Shown here: positions 49,328 to 59,638 of the stretch, one piece after another
Layout: each line of letters opens with the position of its first letter
Numbering within the stretch: position 1 is the stretch's first letter
Source of the DNA: Lishizhenia sp.
GTDB lineage: Bacteria > Bacteroidota > Bacteroidia > Flavobacteriales_D > Crocinitomicaceae
NCBI GenBank assembly: GCA_965656535.1
Contig: CBFHKX010000003.1
Location: 101,595 to 165,594 of the forward strand
DNA length: 64,000 bases
Direction of reading: 5' to 3'
Notes under the pieces: generated by a model
What the model saw: only the letters and a program-made list of their open reading frames with translations
Told to the model about the DNA's origin: nothing
Database searches by the model: none
Translations under genes and position numbers: made by a program

Positions 49328-50921
49328 ATCGGATACCGATGTTAAACGTATTTCCTAAGCCTGAATTTGTACCGCGTAGAAACTTTGTATAGAGTAGTTC
49401 TAGATTTATTTTTTTAGATAGCTGATATTTAGTTCCTATTCCTGCAGCACTAAAGTCGGCTGCTGTAGTAATTCCGTCATTAAAAGAATTGGGGTTGAGT
49501 TGATGTCTGATTGTATGCGAAGCCAAAGCATAAAACGTAAGTTTATTCGTAGGGAAATAGGAGTATATGGCAGTAAATGGAATGTCTAGCGCACTGGCTT
49601 GTTCATCTCGGTAACCGAATCGATACCATAAATCACCCTCTAAAAATAATTGCGATTTTCTAAAGTCTTTAACATAGAAAAACTGTGTCCAAGACTGTAT
49701 TCTGTCCCAGTCTAAAAAGAAAAGGGCTTCATTTTGAGGTGTTGCATCGTCATTTGGCCTACCTTCTGCGTTGTTTGTGGTTGGAAAAAGTAGACTACTT
49801 TGTATAGTAAAGTTAGATTCGCTTTTAAAGGGCTGAATCTTTATTCTTGGACCTACATAAGATACTCCAACACGAGAGGTAGGAGTATTTGTTAGCGTAA
49901 ACGCTTCACTAATACCGCCGAAATCTTCACTATCTCTGACAATTCCAGAGCTTGCAAATTTTATATCTGCTCCTAAATTAATGCGAGCATTCTTAGTTAT
50001 ACCAAAGGTTACTTGTAAAAGAGTTGAGTAAAAGGATTCTCTAAAACCGCTAAATGTTTGACCCATCCACTCAGATTTTTTCTGTGTGTATAATGCGTTG
50101 AATACAGAGATATCAAATTTCCCAAGTTTTAATAAACTACCGGCATTGTAAGTTTGTAAGTTAAAACCAACTTCGCTAGTAGAACCAGGTTGGTACGTAG
50201 GGTTAGGTATTATTTCATTTTTATCATTTATACTCCAATCATATGCATAATAATCGTATTTTGATTTTGAAATAGGGTTGTCACGGTAACTGTTTATATA
50301 GTCTACAACCGATTTGCCATCTGTTGTAAAATCTTCCGTGTACCACTTAAATATTTCAGATATTAGTAATTTTTCGCTCGTTACTTTAATAAAGTTTGGG
50401 TTGTTTAATGCTTTTTTAGTTTGCTGCTCGAGTTGTTGTTCTAATTTTTCAGGTGTATAAGCTTGGTTTATAATTGGAGGACAACCAATTGCACCACAAA
50501 CGAGGACAAAGTGTAATCGCGCGTCAAGATAGCTTGGTCGCATAAAATCATTTTCTAAACTATTTAAGGTTAGCATTACACCTCCTATATTGTGTTTTTT
50601 TACATCAAAAAAACCACTAATATTCATTGGAGATGTAGTAGGGTAGTTCTCAGTTAATTGCTGAATTACTAGTAGATTATAAGCATTAATTAAAAATGCT
50701 TTCTGCGTAGTTTTTTCTAAAGAAGTATAGTCGATTTTTGCTATTGCATCTATTAACTCGGCTAAGTTATTTTCATTTTTAATGTTTTGATAATCAACTT
50801 TTCCAGCGCTTACATACTGTTCTAATAAAGTGTTAGTTTTACTAAAAAACGAAGAAATATCTTGTGCAAAATTGTTCACTGTTAAGCAGATAGGTAGTAA
50901 AATAGCAATTAGTTTTATCAT
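49317..50921 (-). CDS. DUF547 domain protein fused to a C-terminal beta-barrel-like domain
   Basis: [35 protein letters not shown] and YDWSIN, then amphipathic beta strands ending FNIGIRYVH. Confidence 0.78.
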   Translation of the reverse strand: MIKLIAILLPICLTVNNFAQDISSFFSKTNTLLEQYVSAGKVDYQNIKNENNLAELIDAIAKIDYTSLEKTTQKAFLINAYNLLVIQQLTENYPTTSPMNISGFFDVKKHNIGGVMLTLNSLENDFMRPSYLDARLHFVLVCGAIGCPPIINQAYTPEKLEQQLEQQTKKALNNPNFIKVTSEKLLISEIFKWYTEDFTTDGKSVVDYINSYRDNPISKSKYDYYAYDWSINDKNEIIPNPTYQPGSTSEVGFNLQTYNAGSLLKLGKFDISVFNALYTQKKSEWMGQTFSGFRESFYSTLLQVTFGITKNARINLGADIKFASSGIVRDSEDFGGISEAFTLTNTPTSRVGVSYVGPRIKIQPFKSESNFTIQSSLLFPTTNNAEGRPNDDATPQNEALFFLDWDRIQSWTQFFYVKDFRKSQLFLEGDLWYRFGYRDEQASALDIPFTAIYSYFPTNKLTFYALASHTIRHQLNPNSFNDGITTAADFSAAGIGTKYQLSKKINLELLYTKFLRGTNSGLGNTFNIGIRYVH

Positions 50922-51087
50922 GGTTTCTCTTTTATTCTTCTCTTGGTCGATATACTACATACATACTTACAGAAGCTTGACATTTATTTTTAGACAAATT
51001 GATATGCACCTTACTGTTGTTGATTTTATTTGTTTTTTGCATTTTTTTAAAAACATATCTTACATTTGTTTCAAATACAAAATTGGT

Positions 51088-51903
51088 ATGTCTGTACACA
51101 CAAAAATAAAGAGAGTAACTACCCACGTTTTACAAGAAATGAAGAATGCAGGTGTTAAAATTTCTATGCTTACGGGATATGATTTTTCTATGGCTAGAAT
51201 TATCGATACTGCAGGTATTGATGTTATTCTTGTTGGAGATTCGGCTTCTAACGTAATGGCTGGTCATGAAACAACACTTCCCATTACCTTAGATCAAATG
51301 ATTTATCATGCTTCTTCTGTTGTGAGAGCAGTAGAACGAGCTTTAGTAGTGGTAGATATGCCTTTTGGATCTTACCAAGGTAATTCAAAAGAAGCTTTGT
51401 CTAATGCTATTCGTATTATGAAAGAGTCGGGTGGTCATGCTGTAAAATTAGAAGGTGGACAAGAAGTTATCGAATCCATTTCAAGAATTTTAACGGCTGG
51501 TATTCCTGTTATGGGACATTTAGGTTTAACACCTCAATCCATATATAAATTTGGAACATACGTAGTAAGAGCCAAAGAAAATGAAGAAGCAGAAAGATTA
51601 ATTGAAGACGCTAAAGCTCTTGAAGAAGCTGGTTGTTTTGCTATAGTGTTAGAAAAAATTCCGGCAGATTTAGCAGCAAAAGTTGCCAAAGAGGTTACTA
51701 TTCCTATTATAGGAATTGGAGCTGGGAATGGAGTAGATGGTCAGGTATTGGTTGTTCATGATATGCTCGGTATAAACAACGAGTTTAATCCAAGGTTTTT
51801 AAGAAAATACAATAATTTATACGAAGAAATGTTAGGTTCTTTTCACCGCTACATTGAAGATGTGAAAAGTGGAGATTTCCCAAATGAAGAAGAGCAGTAC
51901 TAA
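51088..51903 (+). CDS. panB: 3-methyl-2-oxobutanoate hydroxymethyltransferase
   Basis: [36 protein letters not shown] and IGIGAG. Start corrected to ATG 51088. Confidence 0.97.
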   Translation: MSVHTKIKRVTTHVLQEMKNAGVKISMLTGYDFSMARIIDTAGIDVILVGDSASNVMAGHETTLPITLDQMIYHASSVVRAVERALVVVDMPFGSYQGNSKEALSNAIRIMKESGGHAVKLEGGQEVIESISRILTAGIPVMGHLGLTPQSIYKFGTYVVRAKENEEAERLIEDAKALEEAGCFAIVLEKIPADLAAKVAKEVTIPIIGIGAGNGVDGQVLVVHDMLGINNEFNPRFLRKYNNLYEEMLGSFHRYIEDVKSGDFPNEEEQY

Positions 51904-51925
51904 TTAATAAGTAGATTTAAATATT

Positions 51926-52495
51926 CTAAAAAACGGAAGGTAATGTACTTTTCGTTTTTTTTATATCTTCTATTTTTAAGTTATGACCCGAAAATTTGGC
52001 ACTTAGATGTATTATTTTGGATTTGTGTTGATCGAGTTGTTTGATGTTTTTCAGCTTGCAACTGGTTTCAAAATATATACTTCCGTTTTGTAGGTCAACT
52101 TTAGTAATTTTATTTGTTCCGTCAAGAGATATGTACATTTCATGCTCATAAATAAACGTTACTCTACAATATCCGTCTTTTAAAGAATACTGTTTCGCGA
52201 GCAAAATGTTTTTATCTCTTATTTCTAAAAATAAAGATGAATTTTGATTGAATACCAACGAAGCGATTAGGGTTTCATCTTCAAAACTGAGTTTACTTTC
52301 TGGTCTAAGTTGATTGTATAGAATAGTTGAAGAGCTTCCTATCGAAAACTGAAAATTTCCTGCAGCTTTTAAATCAGGCTCTTTAACCGTAGTTTCTTTT
52401 TGAATAGTTTCTTTTTTTAAAGGCATATCTATTTTTATGCTTTCCTCACAAGAAAGCACCATTGATACAAATATTAGATACGAAAAAAAACGCAT
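51926..52495 (-). CDS. Hypothetical lipoprotein
   Basis: Lipobox MVLSC; no family recognised. Confidence 0.6.
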   Translation of the reverse strand: MRFFSYLIFVSMVLSCEESIKIDMPLKKETIQKETTVKEPDLKAAGNFQFSIGSSSTILYNQLRPESKLSFEDETLIASLVFNQNSSLFLEIRDKNILLAKQYSLKDGYCRVTFIYEHEMYISLDGTNKITKVDLQNGSIYFETSCKLKNIKQLDQHKSKIIHLSAKFSGHNLKIEDIKKTKSTLPSVF

Positions 52496-52578
52496 TCACT
52501 TTTTTTTCAAAGAAACAAAAGCGCTTGAAAAACGAATAATATATTCGATAAAGGATTGACTGTTAGGGTTGAATGTAG

Positions 52579-53046
52579 TTAAATTACCTTTTTAAGTGTT
52601 AAATCAAAGATTAAGACTGAATTTGCTGGTACAAGTCCTGTTTCATTATCTGCATAGCCTAAGTGAGGAGGAATAATTATTTTTATTTTACCCATTGGAG
52701 ATATCAATTGTAAGGCTTCTTGCCAGCCATATATTAACTCTTTTACCTTAAATTTCAATGCATCCTTTTCTTCAATTTCTTGGAAAACTTCCCCGTCAAT
52801 AAGACTTCCTGTGTAGTAAAACAGAACTTCATCGTTCATTAATAGTTGTGTAGTGTTAATTGTATCTTTTTCTTGTTCAAAAATATGGTAATAGAGTCCG
52901 GATTCCGTTTTGTTAAACTCAAGTTCTTGTGATAAGAGATACTCTTCTATTTGAGAATTGAAATTTTCTTTATCCTTTTCAGAATAGGTTTCTCCACAGC
53001 CTATAAATAAGAACGACAAAGCGAAAGATAAGAGAGATAAACGCAT
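52579..53046 (-). CDS. FKBP-type peptidyl-prolyl cis-trans isomerase, lipoprotein
   Basis: KTESGLYY, YYTGSLIDGEVF, LIYGWQEAL, IIPPHLGY and PANSVLIFDL. Start corrected to 53046 (MRLSLL..FIGC). Confidence 0.88.
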   Translation of the reverse strand: MRLSLLSFALSFLFIGCGETYSEKDKENFNSQIEEYLLSQELEFNKTESGLYYHIFEQEKDTINTTQLLMNDEVLFYYTGSLIDGEVFQEIEEKDALKFKVKELIYGWQEALQLISPMGKIKIIIPPHLGYADNETGLVPANSVLIFDLTLKKVI

Positions 53047-53047
53047 T

Positions 53048-53965
53048 TTAAAGGTGTATTGGGGTAAGTGTATAATTTTCCTTTTGTAGTAATTCAATAA
53101 TACCTTCTTTACCGTAAAGGTGTGCTGCGCCAACTGCAATAAAGGCATTGTTTTTTTTAATAATCTTCTTAATTTTAGGTATCCAATTTTTGTTTCTGTT
53201 TTCAAGAAGTTGCACTTCAGTTGGATCGAGGTTTTTGCCTTCATCTTTGACCATGTAATACAGAGAGTCTATCCTTTGGTTTTTGTATAAACGCTGCATG
53301 TCGTTTAACTCATTTTCATATGTATCATAGGTTCTTATTACTTGCATAACCATTTCTGCCTGTTCGGACTTATTTAGATTATCAAATAGCTCCATTTGTT
53401 CCTGCGCAGTTTCTAAGCCAATTGTTTCTATTTCATTTTCTTTGGCTATGTTGTTCATATTAACCTCGTAGCTCTTTGCATCCTGACCAAATTGTTTAAC
53501 GGTTGCCATTTGTACAACGGCTAAGGGTTTCATTTTGGAAAAAGAAAGGTCTACCAATCTTTTCTCCAATCCTAATTGCTCTTTTAAAAACGTATAAACC
53601 GAATCTAATTGTTCTTCATTAAAAAAATCAAAAAAAGATCCTTCTTCTAACGTTATAAGAGCCAAACTCTCTTGTACATTTGGTATACCATTAATTTCTA
53701 GAACTAATTTTTCTGCTTTTTCAATTCTCTGTTTTAAACTTTCTGGAAAAAACCAATACTTTTCTTGAATTAGATGCATGGTTCCAAATAAATAAGACGG
53801 ATTTTTCAAATTTTTTCCATCAATTCTCCAGAGTAACGACATATCTGTTGGAGTATCGTTACCGACATCAATTTGTTCTTTAAGGATTTTGTTTTTAACC
53901 GGGTTAAAGCAACTCGATAGAAAAAAAATAGGGAAAAGTAGAGGTAGGAATAGTTTTGTTCTCAT
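53048..53965 (-). CDS. TraB/GumN family lipoprotein
   Basis: LLWRIDG..SYLFGTMHL, GLETAQEQM, RNKNWIPKI and FIAVGAAHL. Confidence 0.88.
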   Translation of the reverse strand: MRTKLFLPLLFPIFFLSSCFNPVKNKILKEQIDVGNDTPTDMSLLWRIDGKNLKNPSYLFGTMHLIQEKYWFFPESLKQRIEKAEKLVLEINGIPNVQESLALITLEEGSFFDFFNEEQLDSVYTFLKEQLGLEKRLVDLSFSKMKPLAVVQMATVKQFGQDAKSYEVNMNNIAKENEIETIGLETAQEQMELFDNLNKSEQAEMVMQVIRTYDTYENELNDMQRLYKNQRIDSLYYMVKDEGKNLDPTEVQLLENRNKNWIPKIKKIIKKNNAFIAVGAAHLYGKEGIIELLQKENYTLTPIHL

Positions 53966-54672
53966 GTTAATCGTTTTAGTTCTGCCAGATAGCTGTAACC
54001 ATCTTCAATTACTAGACGTATTTCAAGTCCCACATTTGTAGCTGCTTCTTTAAGTTTTTCATAATCAACATAGAGCCAGTTAAACTCTTCACTCTCCACG
54101 CCATCGTATTCATTTTTGAATTGAAACTCTCCGTAGTAGTTCGTATTGAGGTCTACCCAAAAACCACCTTCGTCATCTTCATATAAATACTTAATGTCAG
54201 TTGAATCGCAAAGCATTATTCCGCCGGGAGAAAGTCGTTCTTTGGCTTTCAGTAGCGTGTTTTCTAAGTTGGCAAGTGTTCCGGCAATACCTATACCATT
54301 CATCATCCAGAGTAAGGTGTCAAACCCTGTTTCTTTAAAAAGATAAAAATCTTGATGATGAGCAGATAATCCGATTGACTTCTGGTATTCTACTGCACCT
54401 TTAGAGGTGTCTAGCGTGGTTACTTGAAACCCTTTATCAATTAAATACTGGGCATGCACACCTGCACACGCACCAACATCCAATATTTTACCTTTACACA
54501 TGTTTAAAGCAATTTGCTCTATTTTTGGCATTTCATCAAAGGTTCTAAACAGATAATCAACGGGCATTACGTCGTCATCGCACATGTCTGAATGCACAAT
54601 AATTTCTTCACCTTTTTTTCCATTAATATAGGCTGATATGGCTTTTCCGTAGGGGTCGTTAATAAATTTCAT
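53962..54672 (-). CDS. Class I SAM-dependent methyltransferase
   Basis: ILDVGACAGVHA and FDTLLWMMNGIGIAG. Confidence 0.85.
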   Translation of the reverse strand: MKFINDPYGKAISAYINGKKGEEIIVHSDMCDDDVMPVDYLFRTFDEMPKIEQIALNMCKGKILDVGACAGVHAQYLIDKGFQVTTLDTSKGAVEYQKSIGLSAHHQDFYLFKETGFDTLLWMMNGIGIAGTLANLENTLLKAKERLSPGGIMLCDSTDIKYLYEDDEGGFWVDLNTNYYGEFQFKNEYDGVESEEFNWLYVDYEKLKEAATNVGLEIRLVIEDGYSYLAELKRLT

Positions 54673-55232
54673 TAAATGTCAAGATCATCTATATTGTCAA
54701 ATTCTTGTTCGGAATACTCATCTAGTTCCTCATCAAAATCGTCAAATCCTTCTAAATAGTGATTTGCGTCCATTTTTTCGGAGGTAAACTGTAAGTCAAC
54801 ATTATCTATATCTCCTTTAGAGTTTTCATCTGGAGCTTCGCCTACTTTTAGTACAACTTGTGCCATGGAAACTGGGTTTTTCTCAATCCCTAACAATTCA
54901 ATCAAGAAAATCCACATGTTTAGGAAGTCGTGCACCAAAATTAACTTCTGGTTGGGAGCTTCTATGTGTTGCCTAATCATTGTATTGTTCATTAATGAAG
55001 GAGCACTATCATCTTCGTTAAACGACATATCCATAAGCGTTATTTCATGGCCTTTATCCCAATCTTCATTACTTACATAGAACGATGCCATTTGTTCTCC
55101 TTGAAAGTTAAAAGCAGTTAAAATAGTTTTATAAAGTCTTTCAAAACTATCTCCATCGTTAATCAAGATATCTCTAAATACTTCTTCTTTAGATTCAGAA
55201 TCTAATAATACACGGAATTTTAATGCTGGCAT
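54672..55232 (-). CDS. pRiA4b ORF-3-like family protein with an acidic tail (chromosomal Bacteroidota type)
   Basis: KFRVLLD..VFRDI..FERL..AF.F..MASFY..D.WD.G.EI and VHDFLNMWIF.IEL. Confidence 0.75.
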   Translation of the reverse strand: MPALKFRVLLDSESKEEVFRDILINDGDSFERLYKTILTAFNFQGEQMASFYVSNEDWDKGHEITLMDMSFNEDDSAPSLMNNTMIRQHIEAPNQKLILVHDFLNMWIFLIELLGIEKNPVSMAQVVLKVGEAPDENSKGDIDNVDLQFTSEKMDANHYLEGFDDFDEELDEYSEQEFDNIDDLDI

Positions 55233-55275
55233 TCTTTTTTATTATTATATACAAATATAAGGTTAAGTTGTTGGC

Positions 55276-56700
55276 TTAATTAACAGATTGCTCTGAAATG
55301 TTAAGCTCTTTTGCTATTTCTAGCATCATTTGAAATGCAGGTGCATACTCATTTGGTATTTCGCCCTCAAGTATTGCTTCTTTAATGCGTGATTTTATAA
55401 CACCAATTTCATGACACGGTTGAATATTGAATGTTTCCATAATTATTTGACCTGAAATTGGTGGTTGGAAATTTCTAACGTGGTCTTTTTCTTCTACAGA
55501 TTTTAGTTTTTCTCTTACGAGGTCAAAGTTTTTCTTATATTTTTTTACTTTGAATTCATTTTTAGAGGTGATATCTGCATTACACAGAGTCATTAAATCC
55601 TCAATATCGTCACCAGCTTCATTGAGCAATCTACGAATTGCACTATCGGTTACATCTCCTTTAACAAGAGAAATAGGTCTTAAATGTAGTCGTACTAATT
55701 TTTGAACATATTTCATCTTATTGTCTAAAGGTAAGCGCAAACGTTTAAAAATACGAGGAGTAATTTTAGCTCCAAGATCTTCATGACCATGAAAGGTCCA
55801 CCCAATTTTAGGATGAAATCTCTTTGTTGGTGCTTTTGCGATATCGTGCATAATAGCTGACCAGCGCAACCAAAGGTTTTCTGTGTTTTCAGAAATATTA
55901 TCTAACACCTCTAATGTGTGGTAGAAATTATCTTTATGCGATTTACCATTTATGGTTTCTATCCCTTTCAAAGCAACAAGTTCAGGAAAAAATCGATTTA
56001 ATAAATCCGTTGCTTGTAAAAGTTTAAATCCTCGTGATGGAGTAGTGGAAAGTATAATTTTATTTAACTCATCTGTTATGCGTTCTTTTGAAATAATATC
56101 TAAACGTTCCGCATTCGCTTTTATGGCTTCTAAACTTTTGTGTTCTATTTTAAAATCGAGTTGTGTAGCAAAACGAATAGCTCGCATCATTCTTAGCGGG
56201 TCATCTGAGTAAGTGGTAGAAGGTTCAAGTGGAGTTTTTATTACTTGGTTATCTAAATCTTCCAATCCATTAAAAGGATCAATTATATCACCAAATGTAT
56301 CTTCATGCAGAGAAAGCGCCAGTGCGTTAATCGTAAAATCTCTTCTTTCTTGATCCTCTTGTAAGGTTCCGTTTTCTACAATTGGTTTTCTGCTATCCCT
56401 GTTGTAAGATTCTTTTCTTGCACCTACAAACTCTACTTCTAAATCTTTATAAACAAACTGCGCTGTACCGAAATTTTTGAAAATAGATACTTTTTTAACC
56501 CGTAATTTGTTGGCCATTTTCTGAGCCAAATCCATTCCATTACCAATCACAACTATATCTATGTCTTTAGAAGGTCTGTTTAAGATCAAATCTCGTACGT
56601 AACCACCAATAACATAAGCTTCTAGCTTTTCTTCAGTAACAAGTTGTTTGGCAACTTTAAAAACTGGGTGTTTGAGGTGTTCTGCGTAATTTGTTTTCAT
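55276..56700 (-). CDS. cca: CCA tRNA nucleotidyltransferase / HD-domain protein
   Basis: VIGGYVRD..DIDI, RRDFTINA, DDPLRMMRAIRF and HDIAK. Start at 56700 is supported by the -7 element caaatata near 56710. Confidence 0.9.
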   Translation of the reverse strand: MKTNYAEHLKHPVFKVAKQLVTEEKLEAYVIGGYVRDLILNRPSKDIDIVVIGNGMDLAQKMANKLRVKKVSIFKNFGTAQFVYKDLEVEFVGARKESYNRDSRKPIVENGTLQEDQERRDFTINALALSLHEDTFGDIIDPFNGLEDLDNQVIKTPLEPSTTYSDDPLRMMRAIRFATQLDFKIEHKSLEAIKANAERLDIISKERITDELNKIILSTTPSRGFKLLQATDLLNRFFPELVALKGIETINGKSHKDNFYHTLEVLDNISENTENLWLRWSAIMHDIAKAPTKRFHPKIGWTFHGHEDLGAKITPRIFKRLRLPLDNKMKYVQKLVRLHLRPISLVKGDVTDSAIRRLLNEAGDDIEDLMTLCNADITSKNEFKVKKYKKNFDLVREKLKSVEEKDHVRNFQPPISGQIIMETFNIQPCHEIGVIKSRIKEAILEGEIPNEYAPAFQMMLEIAKELNISEQSVN

Positions 56701-56865
56701 TTGACCGTGCAAATATAAGGAGTCTATTCTAATTGGTAGTTAAGAAGAGTAAAACCCTACTAATAAAATCATTTATGAGACTATTAGATAATTGTTATTG
56801 TATGTTTTTTTAGATAAAAAAAAGAGGACATTGATAGCCCTCTTTTATCTGTAATTCGGAATACT

Positions 56866-59409
56866 TTATTTTTCTTCTTCTTCGGTTTTCTTTTTTCCCT
56901 TAATAATTGCAATATCTAAATCTGTTTTATCTTTATTGCCTTTAATTTTAATTGTATCTCCTTCTTCAAGGTTAGATTTGATTATTTCTTCGGCAAGTGG
57001 ATCTTCAACATATTTTTGAATGGCTCTTTTTAATGGTCTAGCTCCAAATTTTTCATCATATCCTTTGTCTACAATAAAATCCTTCGCATCATCAGAAATT
57101 TCAATTTGATAACCTAAATCGTTGATTCTACCATAGAGTTTAACTAATTCTAAATCAATGATTTTATGAATTGCATCTCTGTCTAAGGATTTAAATAAAA
57201 TCATATCGTCAACACGGTTTAAGAATTCAGGAGAGAATGCTTTTCTGAGTGCGTTTGAAATTACCGCTTTTTTATCCGCTTCTTGCGCATCTGTTTTGGC
57301 TTTAGTTCCAAATCCCACACCGGTTCCAAAATCTTGCAGTTGACGTGCACCAATGTTAGATGTCATGATTAAAATAGTATTCTTAAAATCAATTTTTCTT
57401 CCTAAACCATCAGTCATATGTCCGTCATCTAAGGCTTGTAACAATAAATTGAAAACATCTGGATGTGCTTTTTCAATCTCATCTAAAAGGATAATAGAAT
57501 AGGGCTTGCGTCGAACTTTTTCGGTTAATTGTCCACCTTCTTCATACCCAACATACCCCGGAGGCGCACCTACGAGTCTAGAAATAGAAAATTTCTCCAT
57601 GTATTCAGACATGTCTACTCTAATCAAGGCTTCTTCAGTGTCAAACACTTGTCTTGCCAGTACCTTAGCTAATTGCGTTTTACCTACACCAGTTGGACCT
57701 AGAAAGAAAAACGAACCAATCGGTTTATTGGGATCTTTTAGTCCAGCTCTATTTCTTTGTATAGCGCGTACAACTTTGTCCACAGCTTCGTCTTGGCCAA
57801 TTACTTGACCTTTCATAGTTTCGGCCATTTTAACGAGCTTTCCGCTTTCCTTTTCAGCAACTCTATTTAAAGGTATACCGGTCATCATAGAAACAACTTC
57901 GGCAACATGGGTTTCTGTAACCGTAACACGATGTGTTTTCGTGTCTTCTTCCCATTTGGCTTTTTCAGTTTCTAATTTTTCTTGAAGCTTACGTTCTGTA
58001 TCTCTTAATTCGGCAGCTTTTTCATACTGCTGAGATTTGATTACATTGTTCTTTTCTTCTTTAACCTCTTCAATTTTTGCTTCAATATCCACAATTTCCT
58101 TGGGAACATTAATATTGGTTAAGTGAACACGAGAACCTACTTCATCAAGCGCATCAATAGCTTTATCTGGCAAATGTCTGTCTGAAAGGTATCTGTCTGT
58201 TAACTTAACACAAGCTTCAATTGCTTCTTCTGTGTAGGTAACCGAGTGATGCTCTTCATAGCGTTCTTTAATGTTGTCTAGAATTTGAATTGTTTCATCT
58301 ACTGAAGTAGGTTCAACAATTACTTTTTGGAACCTTCTTTCTAGTGCTCCGTCTTTTTCTATGTATTGTCTGTACTCGTCTAAAGTAGTTGCTCCAATTG
58401 CCTGCATTTCTCCTCTTGCTAAGGCTGGCTTAAACATATTTGAAGCATCTAAAGATCCGCTTGCTCCACCGGCACCAATAATAGTATGGATTTCATCTAT
58501 AAAAAGAATAATGTCTGGATTTTTTTCAATCTCTGCCATTACAGCCTTCATTCTTTCTTCGAATTGACCTCTGTATTTCGTACCTGCAACTAAAGATGCT
58601 AAATCAAGAGATATAATTCTTTTGTCGAACAAAACACGCGAAACCTTTCTCTGAACAATTCTTAAAGCTAGTCCTTCAGCAATTGCAGATTTTCCAACTC
58701 CTGGTTCTCCGATAAGTATAGGGTTGTTTTTTTTTCTTCTAGATAAGATTTGACTAACGCGTTCTATTTCTTTTTCTCTACCAACAATTGGATCTAATTT
58801 TCCTACTTCGGCCATTTTGGTTAAATCTCTACCGAAATTGTCTAATACAGGAGTTTTTGATTTAGAATCGCCTGCTTTTCTAGCTCCACCAGAATTTCCG
58901 CTACCGGTAAAGCCCGTATCGTTCTCTCCATCATCGGTAGAACCTGGGAATTCTGCATTCGGCATTTTTTCTTCTTCTATCATTGCTTCAATTTCGTCTT
59001 TAATGTTGTTGTATATTACGCCGTACTTATTCAGTGTTCTGCAAGCTACATTGTTTTCATCTTTTAATATAGACAATAATAAATGTGCTGTTCCTATTAC
59101 CGGACTTTTAAACAGTTTTGCCTCCAAATAAGTAACTTTTAATACCTTTTCTGCTTGTTTGACAAGAGGTATATTAGCTAAGTTAATGTTTGATTTAGAC
59201 GATCGAGTAAGGTAAGCTTCAATTTCTGTGCGTATCTGCTTGAGGTCGAGGTTAAATTCTTTCAACGCTCGAATTCCTAAACCTTCTCCCTCTCGAATTA
59301 AACCAAGTAGCAAATGTTCAACTCCAATAAAGTCATTTCCTAATCGCAAGGCTTCCTCTCTACTAAAGTTAATTACATCTTTTACTCTGGGTGAAAATTT
59401 TGCTTCCAT
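56866..59409 (-). CDS. clpC: ATP-dependent Clp protease ATP-binding subunit ClpC
   Basis: Clp-N repeats, NBD1 GEPGVGKS, UVR coiled coil, NBD2 GPTGVGKT, DEIEKAHPD and GARPLKRAI. Confidence 0.93.
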   Translation of the reverse strand: MEAKFSPRVKDVINFSREEALRLGNDFIGVEHLLLGLIREGEGLGIRALKEFNLDLKQIRTEIEAYLTRSSKSNINLANIPLVKQAEKVLKVTYLEAKLFKSPVIGTAHLLLSILKDENNVACRTLNKYGVIYNNIKDEIEAMIEEEKMPNAEFPGSTDDGENDTGFTGSGNSGGARKAGDSKSKTPVLDNFGRDLTKMAEVGKLDPIVGREKEIERVSQILSRRKKNNPILIGEPGVGKSAIAEGLALRIVQRKVSRVLFDKRIISLDLASLVAGTKYRGQFEERMKAVMAEIEKNPDIILFIDEIHTIIGAGGASGSLDASNMFKPALARGEMQAIGATTLDEYRQYIEKDGALERRFQKVIVEPTSVDETIQILDNIKERYEEHHSVTYTEEAIEACVKLTDRYLSDRHLPDKAIDALDEVGSRVHLTNINVPKEIVDIEAKIEEVKEEKNNVIKSQQYEKAAELRDTERKLQEKLETEKAKWEEDTKTHRVTVTETHVAEVVSMMTGIPLNRVAEKESGKLVKMAETMKGQVIGQDEAVDKVVRAIQRNRAGLKDPNKPIGSFFFLGPTGVGKTQLAKVLARQVFDTEEALIRVDMSEYMEKFSISRLVGAPPGYVGYEEGGQLTEKVRRKPYSIILLDEIEKAHPDVFNLLLQALDDGHMTDGLGRKIDFKNTILIMTSNIGARQLQDFGTGVGFGTKAKTDAQEADKKAVISNALRKAFSPEFLNRVDDMILFKSLDRDAIHKIIDLELVKLYGRINDLGYQIEISDDAKDFIVDKGYDEKFGARPLKRAIQKYVEDPLAEEIIKSNLEEGDTIKIKGNKDKTDLDIAIIKGKKKTEEEEK

Positions 59410-59638
59410 ATTTACAAATGATGTGTTGTTTGACAGTTCCTGCTAATCAAGAATTAATCCATTTACCAAATATAAAACGTTTTAAGTTTAAAATGTTTTA
59501 AGTTGTTCACAATTTTTCACAGATTTTTGTTAGTAATTTGACTTCTAAAAGGTTTTTTTAAAGGTTTAAATGGCTATTTTCGAATCTTTGAAACAAATCG
59601 TCGTTGTATACGACAAACATTAATATTTAGCTGACAAC

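Noticed and set aside
50830-51087. Long N-terminal extension of PanB in the ORF track
   Set aside because: It overlaps the divergent gene start and is low-complexity. The family N-terminus begins at ATG 51088.
54672-55232. pRiA4b ORF-3 / IS1096 passenger TnpR-type protein as a mobile element
   Set aside because: It has its own consensus promoter and sits in a housekeeping operon, with no transposase, inverted repeats or target duplication.
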